A stretch of 63,468 nt of DNA, filler included, from Ministeria vibrans ATCC 50519 (taxonomy: Eukaryota; Protista; Filasterea): the NCBI GenBank assembly GCA_943704425.1. It is 4 parts of 4 records of this genome, joined end to end, with 100 filler letters (N's around TTAATTAATTAA, not from the genome) between each part and the next. Parts side by side here need not be neighbours in the genome. Positions count along the whole stretch, not along the records: positions 31,179 to 57,484 come from CALSCP010002859.1; 3 more parts are not named here. The stretch is one strand, 5' to 3'. Position 1 is the first letter of the stretch; each line of letters begins with the position of its first letter. Position numbers and translations under genes: made by a program. Of this stretch, positions 36,785-47,598 are shown piece after piece. Below the pieces are notes generated by a model. That model was given only the letters and a program-made list of their open reading frames with translations, was not told the origin of the DNA and searched no databases.

Positions 36785-38310
36785 TTACTTTTTTCCAGAA
36801 CGAATAGACTTCTCGATGTGATCCCACATTTGATCGGGAACAGCTCGAAGCTGGTTAAACTCGCCGGCCATGGCAACGGACTCGCCGCCATCCAACGTTA
36901 CAATCTCGCCCGTGCACCAACTCGCATAGTCGGACACGAGGTAGCTCGCCAGGTTGGCCAGCTCACGCGACTCTCCCAGACGCCCCACTGCGCTGTTGGC
37001 GAGCATTTGCTTGCGGAACTCCCCTGTGGGGTCCAGGCGCGAGAACGCCCCTTCCGTCTCAATCGGCCCCGGTGCAATCCCTACAAACCGCATTCCGTAT
37101 CGAGCCCATTCCACAGCCAGTGACCTAAATAAATAATATAAAATTAATTGTATGAATTTATCGCGCGTGTGTGTCCTACTTGAGCATTGCTTCCACTCCT
37201 GCTTTGGCACACGCCGAGGGAACCACAAAGGCAGAACCAGTTCGAGCATACTATTTGTAATGGACATAGGTTTACATCCTGGGGCACACCTCTCTCTCAC
37301 TGTCGTGTTTACATCCTGGGGCACACCCTCTCTCACACTGTCATGTTTACATCCTGGGGCACACCTCTCTCACACTGTCATGTTTACATCCTGAGGCACA
37401 CCCTCTCTCTCACACACTGTCATGTTTACATCCTGGGGTACACCCTCTCTCTCACACACTGTCGTGTTTACCCTGGGGCACACCTCTCTCTCTCACTGTC
37501 ATGTTTACATCCTGGGGGACACCCTCTCTCTCACACACTGTCATGTTTACATCCTGGGGCACACCTCTCTCTCTCTCACTGACTTTCTCGTACTGTCGTT
37601 GTGATGGAGAGAAACGTCGCTGGCTTCTTCTTCTCAATAAGACGACGACCCACGTCAAAGGTGACATTTGCAGTGCCCTGCAACACAATGTCAACGACCG
37701 TCTTGAATGCGTTCGGGGAGAGACGCTCTGTCGGCGAGATGAAGTTTCCAGCGGCGTTGTTGATCACAATGTCAGGCAGTCCCCACTCCGCTTCGAGCCT
37801 GTCCACTGCGTTCTTCACATCCTCGACACTGCGCACATCCGCCTGCAGTGCAAGCACCGGGTTGCCCGTGGCCGCTGAGACTTCCTCCGCTGACTTGCTG
37901 ATCACATCGAGACGGCGCGACGAAATTGCCACCTTTCCGCCCAATTCAGAGATCATCTGAGCCATGGCCAGTCCAAGGCCAGTGCCTCCGCCAGTCACCA
38001 GCGCCACCTTGCCGTCAAACGTGCCCTTGGGCAGCAGTGGAGTCTACACGGAAAAAAAGTTCACGTGAATTGTTTCGATTCCCACACTGCCGCAGCCCGT
38101 CCGATTCCAGTAGAACGACCCCCTCCCCTCCGTACGGCAGCCGAGAGAGACCACGCCGTGTCCACAACAGCGAAACCCCCTCAAACGCAATTGTGTTTTG
38201 TGTACCGTCTTCGCCTGAAAGTTTGCGGCATGCGGCAACGGACTGACAAACCGTCGCCCGATGCGCGACGCCAATGAGGTCTGGAGGGTCGGGAGTGATC
38301 GAGAGAGCAT
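36785..38310 (-). CDS. DECR1: Mitochondrial 2,4-dienoyl-CoA reductase (SDR family)
   Basis: Arg/Ser-rich transit peptide, FDGKVALVTGGGTGLG, INNAAGNFISPTERLSPNA, YARTGSAFVVPSACAKAGVEAM, SLAVEWARYGMRF and PGPIETEGAFSRLDP. Confidence 0.95.
37268..37580. repeat. Intronic minisatellite, about 8 copies of a 37-42 bp unit (TGTTTACATCCTGGGGCACACC(TC)nACACTGTCA)
   Basis: Tandem direct repeats within a DECR1 intron. Confidence 0.92.
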
Positions 38311-38437
38311 AATAATTGAAAAATTAATCTGTTTGTCTTTTGAGTTTTGATCGTTTCATTTATTTATTAAATTCATTAATCATTAATTCATTATTGATTA
38401 TTCATTATATTCATTGAATTGCTTCTGCTTTGATAGA

Positions 38438-39657
38438 ATGGGAGGGTGCGCTAGCTCGCTGTGCGGACGCCCGTCGCACGAAGACCGGCTGCGATATGCC
38501 GATGCGAATCTACGAGAAGATTACGAATTTGAAGGACTCATGTCGGGCCCTCGTAAGCGCCTTGCTCAACTCCCTTCGCTCTGTGCTTCTCTCTTGCTCT
38601 CACTTTACTCCCTGGAACACTCGCCAAGTTTTTTTTTTCGTTTTTTTTGTGATTTTGAACTTTTTTTTTTCTGTGTCTCTCTCTCTCGTTTGTCTGTCTG
38701 TGGTGCAGTTGACGGCCTTGACGACTACGACGAGTCGGAATTACACCTAGCCTCGGCCAGTTCGCAGCGGGCTGTCGACCCCGAGGAGATTAAGCGGATT
38801 ACCAAAAGCAAAATTGAGCAAATCGTCGAAGAGCAAATGCGACGCGACGAAGAAATGGACCGAAAACTGCGAGGTAGAGAGCGATAGAGAGAGTGTGTGT
38901 GTGCTGTCGAATAAGGGAGGGTGTTGGGCTGACGGTATGCGGCGTAGCGCAAGACGAGGCGCTGCGGCTGGAGGAAGAGGCGGTGGTCGAGGCAAAGCGA
39001 CGGGCGGCACTGCGTCATCAGGCGGGGATGTCCTCCGATGTCAACAACAACAACAGCAGCAGCAGCGCAGCAGGCAGCAGCAGCGCCGGTGGTGGTGGTG
39101 TTGGTGGTGGTGGTGGTGGTGGTGGTGGTGGTGGTGGCGCCGCCCCCGGTGACGACATTGTCAGCGCCGACCTGCGCCGCTGGCTTGAGAGCGACACGCT
39201 GGCGTTTGACACGCCCAGCAGCGACGTCAACGGCCCCGAAACACCCGCACGAAAACGCAGTTAAACCAAATCATTATACCACCCGTGTTGAAAACTATCT
39301 TCTTAACACATACCAGTAGTGACCCCAGCAGAAGCAGCGGCGGCAGCTGTCGCGGCGACGCGCACCCCCGAACCCAACAGCGACGACGCACACGCGCCAC
39401 GCCCTGCCCTCTCGTCAGCACTCCTCGAGACGGAAGAAGAGGACTTTGAGGCGTTTCTGGAATCCGTCAAACTCAGCTCGCTGGCTCCATCGACCACCAC
39501 GACGCCGTCCAAGCCCGCTGCCACTCAAGAAGAGTCCCTGAGCGATGCTGTGCGCGTGGCCGTCGATGGCGATGGTACACTGCCCATTCCTAACGAACTC
39601 AAAGCCGCAATGCGCTCCATCAAAGATACCCCAAAACTTGTTCTTGATGACAGTTGA
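38438..39657 (+). CDS. AP1AR: AP-1 complex-associated regulatory protein (Gadkin)-like, ~4 exons
   Basis: MGGC..C acylation-type N-terminus, YEFEGLM (cf. IEFENLV), PEEIKRITKSKIEQIVEEQ...AQDEALRLEEEAVVEAKRRAA (cf. LQEEKLRLEEEALYAAQREAA) and EEDFEAFLESVK (cf. EDDFESCLRNMK). Similarity is recalled. Confidence 0.7.
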
Positions 39658-39774
39658 CTCATGACTCTCGCGTTTTATTTGTTGTGTTTGTTTTGTTTCT
39701 TGTCAGTGTTGTTGGTGATTGTGTCGTGTATAATAGAACCATCTTGTTTTTTTTACAATTTTGTGGTTGAGACA

Positions 39775-42065
39775 CTATTGTTGAGTGAAGAAACGCGCAA
39801 AGGAACGACGAATGGGCTGATTAGGAGAGAGAGGCACAATGGGAATGGGAGTGGGGGAGCCTGAGCGAATGGCAGTAATGCACAGCTGAAGATGAGAGTC
39901 GATGGAACAGTCAATGCGGACAGAGTCGCTAGGGTTAGGGTTCTCATTGAAGTTAGGATTGCGGCGCATTAGGTGCACTGTGCGTGGCCACTGTTGCGAG
40001 TGCGCCAATGTCCGGTGTGCCACTGTATACCCTTCCGCTTCTCCTTCAGCAACTGCCAAATCAATCTGCAATGCAAACCATTCATTAATAACAATCACAT
40101 TTCAGAATGCGAATACAAACCTGATTCTCCGCAATCACATGATTCAACATCAAAGGGATTTCCTTCTCATAGTCCACAAACGGTTTCATCACAAGTCCTA
40201 AAATTCCACACACAAGCAAAAAAAAAAATCACTTTCTCTCCTTCGCACTTTTCTTTTTCAGATTTTCTACCGGAAGTTTGATCAGTGATGGAAAGAGCCA
40301 GATCAGACTGACTGAGCGAAAGAGTAACCAAGCGATTAGGAAATCGCAAAGTGGAATGCTTTGGAGTGATATTGAGAGTGAGAGTGAAGCTGTGTGGGAC
40401 TTTTTGGTGTGCGCTGAGACTCTTTTTGTGCGTGTTGTCCTTTGAGCGATTGACTTGTGCTTCTTTTTTCTGTCGTTGAGTGCCTGATTCGGTCTGTGAC
40501 TGAGCTTGTGCTTCCGTCTTGTGTAGTTTGTAAGTGGTTTTGCGGTCTTTTTCGTCTGAGGCGGTCGATTGTGGGTCGTTGATGAGTGCTGTTTTGTAGT
40601 GGGTTTCAGACGACACAAAAATGACAATCGGATCACTAAAAGAAAAAGAATGTGTAAGATAATAGCCAGGGCAATGAGTGGCAGTTACGATTGAGAGAGA
40701 ATAAAACGATCGAGTGAGACCCAAATGCGCTCAATTGAACTGAGATGAGACGCACAACTCAGAATGTGAGACAGAAGAAACTGTTCGCGTTTTGTTGGAA
40801 GTCTAAAAACAAATGAGGTTAGTGTGCAGTGTGTTTGTTTGCTTGTGGCTCGTTTGTTTGATACTGTGCTTTAAAGTCAAATTCAGTCCATTCTTTCCAT
40901 TGCTGAGAATGGACAAAACGGAGAGCGGAAAAGGCTGAGCGTTCGAGAGAGGCTGAGCGCAATTGAGTGAGTGTGGAGAGCGTGGAGTTGGACGGAGAGA
41001 GAGAAATAGGGGAGAGTCTGATTGAGAGGGAGTGAGAGTGAGAGAGAGGGGAGAGAATGAGAGAGGAGGAGACACGCGAGGAGTTGAAGTGGGAGGAGAG
41101 GAAGGCGGCGCGACTGAGTTGGGTGTGGAGATGGGAGGTGAGGAGAGCGTGCTGGGCGGTAGCAATAGACTGGTCGAGGGGCGAGGAGGGGGTGAGGGTG
41201 AGAAGTGTGTGGAGGAGCGAGAGAGGAGGTGAGGAGCGCAAGTCGTTGTGTTGCGTGGGGGAGGTTGTGTCTTGGGGAGAGATGAAGCATAGGTGGAGTG
41301 ATTGCGCTTGTTGGAGTTTATCTGGGAGTTCGACGCGAAGGCCGCCTGGCTGGCCTGGTTCGCTGACAACCAGAGGGAAGTCGCAGGGCTCGAGGCATTG
41401 GATGGCGCCCGCGGTGCGACGGTAGCCAATGTCGACGAGAAGCGTTCCTTGGCGGTCGCGTTGCAGCTGCCAGCGGCTCAGCAGACGCGCCAGCTCCTCT
41501 TCGTGATCGCTCGATGTGACCACAGAGCGTTCGAGGGAGGCCGTGGCGCTCGTGAGGTAGGCGATGGCGTCCTGGAGCGACTGCAGATGGGCCGCATAGT
41601 GTGCAGGCACATTGGGTTTGGCTGGAAGATCGGCGCGGACAAGCTTGGGCGCGAGAAACGTCTTGTGGTGCAACAGCTGAAGGACGCGATGGGCAACGGC
41701 AACCTCGTGCCGAGCGTGGTGCACAAGCGAGGCTGGATCGTCGGTGGGAGCGGGGCCGTCGTCGCCGCTGCCCTCCCGCGCCTTGTCGTCGTCTTTCTCG
41801 TCGTCTTCCTGTGCAGATCCCGTCGCCATGCGCATCACAGAGCGCACGTCGATCTCACGCACCTTGTGAAACATCTCCGTGGTGGTGGATGGCGTCCTGA
41901 GCATTGTGAGTGTCACTTAAAATGTCGAAGAAAAACGTTTTCATACTCGACATATTCGCGCTCAAGCGTCGCTGCCGACAGAGACCCCGCCACTGCCGCA
42001 TTCGAGGCATTGTACAGGCGTATTCTCTTAGCAGCCGGTGGCTCTACTGCAACTGAAGGTTCCAT
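39775..42065 (-). CDS. MED17: Mediator subunit 17 (Srb4); 3' exon structure uncertain
   Basis: VAVEPPAAKRI...REYVE|TPSTTTEMFHKVREID, HARHEVAVAHRVLQLL, ELARLLSRWQL..GTLLVDIGYRRTAG (cf. ELLRLRQHWKL..ILGDLSYRSAG) and AQHALLTSHLHTQLSRAA (cf. AQNVLLCKEIFAQLSREA). Confidence 0.75.
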
Positions 42066-42155
42066 CAAAAAATTGTGAAATTGATAAAAAATGAGTATGA
42101 GTTTCACTATTAAATTAATTCACAATCATCACAATTTTCTTACGTGTACTCCGTG

Positions 42156-45100
42156 ATGGAGTACTCCGTTTTGTACACACAACAAATGACGAAGAAGCAC
42201 AAGTCGTTTCACGATGGCAGAGCAGTGTATTCATAAAAAAAACAAAAAAAAACTCGTTTCAAACTCGCTTGCGACAACAAAACCTTTCGCCCTGGCCGTC
42301 TCTTCTCAGGATCGACACGACCGGCCGTTTCACACTGTTCAATGACAACAACACACTGCTCACGTCGACCATGGTCAACCCATCGCTTGTCGCTGTCGGC
42401 GAAGAGATTGAACTGGAGCGCTTCATTGTCCAGATCGACGCGGTGCGCGCCAACGGCAGCGAACCGCCGTCGACAACGGTCACACGTACCCTTTCCGCCC
42501 CAGCGCCAACCCAGCCTCGTCGAGCGGGTTTGCCGCGAGCAGGTCTCGCTGGAGCTCCCGCCATAGCTCGCAAGGCCATTCCGTCCTCCTCGTCGACTTC
42601 TTGTGCTCTGTCCTCGCCACCCACGTCCGCGTCTCAGCCTGCTGCGACAGGTCGAAGTGCCGCTGAGATCCTTGCGCTACTAGGTGGCGGTGCTCCGCGC
42701 GCTCCGTCTCACACTGCAACAGCTTCAGCACCATTGCCTGCACCTTTCTCAACTGCACCTGTACATAGCCAACGTGTCGAGCGCACTGCACCGCCCCCCT
42801 CCCACCTTGCCTCAAGAATTCTCGCTGATATGCCCACTTTTCGTCAGGTCTCAGCCGCACCTGCAGTCGCATCTGTTCGAGCGCCATCTTCGGCCATCAG
42901 CACGACGACGTCAAGTTCATTTCATCCACCCGCCTCTAACAACAGCACTTCCACTACCACCAGCGCCGCCTCGTCCCTTTCCTTCTCCTCCTCTTCCTCC
43001 TCTTCCTCCTCCTCCTCCTCTTTCCGGGCCCTTCCACGAACCGCTGCTCCACCCCCTTCCGAGCTTACCTTTCCCTCTACCGATGCCATTGCACAATGCG
43101 ACGGTGCTCGTCGCAAGGCGACCATTGGCACATCCTTTGACTCGTTTGGTGCTTACCAACGCTCCCTGACGCGCGCTCTCCACGAACAGGTAAATGTGAA
43201 CCTCTTCGAGACGGCCGCTCGCTACCACGATGCGCTGGCGCGTCTTGATACTTCGGCCTGCTCATTTGCCGTGAGTCGCCGTGGCGCCGCCGGCAAGAAA
43301 TACACCAAGGAGTCGACAGAGGACGCCAACGCACCCCACTGCAAGCACGGCGCCACCAAGCTGCTCGTCGTCAAGAAACCCGGTGCCAATCAGGGTCGCA
43401 TGTTCTATAAGTGTCCCGAGCGAGAGCAATCCAAGGCCTGCAACTTCTTCAAGTGGGCCGACGAGGTTGCGGCGAGCTCGACTTTGTCCACCACTGCGCC
43501 TGGTCGTGTCGCCATTGCCACTCCGAGTGCTCTCGAACAAGTGATGAAAAGCTCCAACCTCTACCTCTATTGCGCCTGCTCACTCACTCCCCACCGTCGT
43601 CCCTCCTACATGAAAAACGCTTCGTCGTATTCCTCCACCTACGACATTGCGCTGTCGTACCGTGAACCATCGTCGGCATACGCACGCGACGACCTCTGGG
43701 TGGTCAGCACCTCTGTCTCCTTTGACCGATGTCTCTTGGCGCGCAGCTCGTTCTTTGGACCTAGCAGTGATGGTGTGGTGGAACTTACGCCCATCAGTGG
43801 TGCCTGGTCGGCCGTGGTGCACGCAGCGCCGAGCGCCGAAGCGACCGTGTTTGCGCTGCATCTGCGCGAGACAAGCTCCGAGTTTATTTGCATCGACACA
43901 GTCGAGCGTCACCTCTCGTGTGACCTACCCGTCCTGCCACACTTGCTCACGCGCGACGGAGTTTCGCTGCATTCGCGCCAATACACCGGTCGACTTGATG
44001 TCACACATGTGTCGCTCGATGAGTACGCCACGGTCGCCATCGAAAAGCACCACCTCAACGAAGATCAGACACTTGCCTTGCGCGAGTGCGCCTCCATGCT
44101 TGCCTTCAATGGTATTCTGCGCAACAATCATGCCCTGGTGAGCGAATCGCAGCGTCCCTCTTCGCCACTTCTTCTTGTTCACGGTGTCTTTGGCGCGGGC
44201 AAAAGCTACTGGCTCTCCGTTGCCATCACCATGATGTGTCAGGTGCTCGAAGAGAGCGGCAGTCATGACAAAATCTTGCTCGCCTCCACCACCAACGTTG
44301 CCGTGGACCGCGTTCTTGCAGGTCTGCTTGAACTTGGCTTTGATAACTTTGTGCGTGTGGGCTCTGTGCGCAAAATTGCCAAAAAGGTTCTGCCCTACTC
44401 GGTCCACGCAAGCTCCAGCGACAAACAAGATTTGGCCGATCTTCGCAAAATGCTTGCTGACGAGTCGCTCGCTGTGAACGAGAAAGGTTGTGTGAAGCGT
44501 GCCATTCAAGCAATGCAGGTGAAACAAAGACCGACAAAACAAAGCAGTCCATAATAATAATAATAGTATTATTTATATTATTATTATGATTAATATTACT
44601 ATTAATAATTATTATTATTATTAATTTTTATTATTATAAAATATAATTATTTATTTTCTTTTTTTGTTGTTTTCTTGACGTAGCGCGGCAATCGACTGGA
44701 TCGTCTTCAGGCTGCACGCGTTGTGGGCGCCACGACGGCTGCCGCTCATTTTCCTTGTCTTGACGGTTTTCATTTTGCCATTGTTTTGCTCGATGAGTGC
44801 TCTCAGGTCTGGACGCTATTCAACTTTACATGTTTATTATTTAATTTATTATTGTTGTTAACTTTTGTTGTGTTTTTGTGGTTTAGATGACTGAACCGGC
44901 GGCACTTCAGGCAATCGCACGTTTTTCGACGCAGCGATTGGTGCTGGTGGGCGACCCAAAGCAGCTGTCGCCGACCATCACGGGGCCTGAGCCAGAGCAC
45001 ATGAACGGACTGGAACAGACTATGTTCGATCGACTGTGTGCGATGGGCGTGGAACCTCTCATGTTGGGCATTCAGTATCGCATGCATCCGCGTCTCTCGG

Positions 45101-46404
45101 CTATTTGCAATGAGCTTTTCTACGAGGGTCGTCTGCGCGATGGTGTGTCCGCCGAAGATCGTCCTCCGTTGCACGCTGACTTGCCGACGCTGCGTTTCTT
45201 TGACGTGGTCAATGGACAAGAGCGACGCACGCCCGACGGGAGTTTCGACAATGCGCGTGAGGTGGATGTCGTCTGTGAGATTGTCGGCTGGCTCGCGGAG
45301 CGTAAGGTGTCGCCTGCCGACATTGGCGTTGTGTGCCTGTACAAGGCTCAGGCACTCGCGGTGTCGGATGCGTTGCGACAGGGTCGAGCTGGCGAGGCAC
45401 TGCCGGTGTCGTCGACTGCGGCCATACTTGTGTCGACAGTCGATGCGTTTCAGGGAGGCGAGCGAGAGGTGATCCTGTTGACATGTGTACGCTCTGCGCA
45501 CGTTGGCTTTGTCGACTCGAGCAAACGCACCAATGTGGCGCTGTCACGTGCCAAGCGGCACCTGTTCATTGTGGGCCACGGGTCGATGCTTGGTGGGAAC
45601 GCCACATGGCGCACCGTCATCGAGCATTGTCGTAGTGCACCCCGCGGCTACATTACCGGCCACAATTTTGTCGAGCAGCAGCGCTACGAGAAGGCGATGC
45701 GTCTTGAGCAAGGTACACTTGTGGACCACGAGGCGGACTGTGACAACGACGATGAGGCTGGTGAGGAGGGAGAGGAAGAGGAAGCACTGGAGCGACTGGA
45801 TCGAGAGCGAGGGGCGCGTGAAGAGCGTGAGAGTCGCGGCATTGACATTACCATGTCGGATGGTGAGGGTGCTGCCGAGGCAGAGGAGCACGAGCTTAAT
45901 GAGCGTCACAACAGTTTAGGAAGCTTTATTGTGGAGGATGGTGAGGAGGAACAAGAAGAAAAACAAGAAGAACCAGAAGAAGAAGAAAGGGTGCGCGGGA
46001 AGCGACGACGCTCGCGCGAAAATCACATAGGGAATTGCACAAGTGATAGTGAGGAGGAGGGAGGTACAGATGATGATGGTGATGATGATGATGATGGTGA
46101 TGGTGATGATGATGATGGCATGAGTTTTATCAGAAAACGGCGCAAGCACAAGCGTCCTCGTCGTGTGCTGAGTGACGCTTCAATGGGAGAGCTGAAGCCA
46201 CAACGGAAGAGCCGACTTAAGGTGGTGGTGTCCAGCGATGAAGATGAGGAGAAGGCGTCGATGGCGCTGACGCCACAGTCGAGGAAGCGTTGGTTGAGGG
46301 AAGCATTGGGCAATGCTTCGAATGGTGACGATGATGAAGATGGCGATGATGATGATGATAATGATGATGATTTGCGCGCGAGTGTCTTTTGTTCAAATAA
46401 ATAG
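42156..46404 (+). CDS. ZGRF1: ZGRF1: DUF2439, GRF zinc finger and SF1 (UPF1/Sen1-like) helicase
   Basis: MEYSVLYTQQMTKKHKSFHDG (DUF2439), CKHG..VKKPGANQGRMFYKC..CNFFKW (GRF), HGVFGAGKS Walker A, TNVAVD, LDECSQ|MTEP, LVGDPKQL, QYRMHP, STVDAFQGGE and NVALSRAK. Confidence 0.93.
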
Positions 46405-46667
46405 AAGAATTTATTCATGATACAGTCACCAGATCTACAACAAAAGCACAAGTGCAATCTTTATTCAATATCCAGTGAGCTAGTTGCAATGGTGTAGTTC
46501 AAATTAAACTTTTCACTTCATTTATTATCATAAATAATTTAATTAATTGTTTGTTTGTTGTGTTGTGTTTGTGATTGATAAAAATTAATAATATAATCTT
46601 CACCTCAATTATTTTTTCTTTTTCGCCTCTTCGTTGCTCCTTTATCGACTTCTTTGTTCTCCTTATC

Positions 46668-47212
46668 ATGTGCAAAGATTGCCTGAGATCAAGAATGCCA
46701 GACAGAGTATGTTGCCACTCAACCGTGTTTTACACCCTTTCCCTCTTCATGCGCTCTTTAGGGCTCCCTCTGTGTCGATTCCGGCGCGTATGTCCTAAAC
46801 TACAAAGGCTGTGCGGAATGTCAGTCTGTCGAACTCAAACAGGTGACGACAGTTTCAGTTTTTGTCCAACTCACTCTGTCTTTGTCGTTGCGCCTGCCGT
46901 AGGATGCGAGAAAGGAGGAGACAGACGAGGATGGCGAGGAGACGATCACTTACACCCGTACGGCGCACCGCACGCGACACAATCCGTCTCAACAAGTCAA
47001 CGTCTCACTCTCATATTGTGTGTTGTATTATTGTGTGTGTGTTAGACAAGTGTGCCTCTTGTGATCACACCGTTGCCCGTCACTCACACACTTTCAGTGT
47101 CGAGGATGCCTATCAGACGTACAGCATGGAGTGCATGCTCTGTGGCCATGGCGATGACCAGCGCAGTGTTATGCCATACGATCCAGCCAAAGCGCGAAGA
47201 GGAATCTTCTAA
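46668..47212 (+). CDS. CHURC1: Churchill zinc-binding protein, 4 exons
   Basis: Spliced product MCKDCLRSRMPDR|GSLCVDSGAYVLNYKGCAEC...|..DEDGEETITYT|HKCASCDHTVARHSHTFSVEDAYQTYSMECMLCGHGDDQRSVMPYDP. The full Churchill Cys/His pattern is present. Confidence 0.93.
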
Positions 47213-47598
47213 TGTATATAATATGCACTAACAAAATTAATTATACTATAATTATTGTCTTTTTTTGACACTCTTTATGAATTTCTTTTCTTATTATTTT
47301 GGCGTTGTTGTTATTGTTGACTAATCTGTCCCGAAGCATCAACACTATCCTCTTCTTTGTCGCCACATCTCGTCCATCCGCACTTCGAGTGCACCACTCG
47401 ACAGCACATTGCTGAGCAGTGCGTCGTGTCCACATTCCTAATACCCCGCTCTCCCTGCTGCAGCTCCACATCTGTCTGCACCGGCGCCAGACCTCGCACA
47501 GCAAAATGAGTGTAGCGGCGTTCGACTCGCGCTTGAGACGCACCCCATTGACACACAAAGAAAAAGGAAGAGCAAAAGCTAAAACTAACGTGTACTTA

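Noticed and set aside
37268-37580. CRISPR-like appearance of regularly spaced ~38-bp repeats
   Set aside because: There are no unique spacers, only (TC)n length variation. No cas genes are present and the array lies in a spliceosomal intron.
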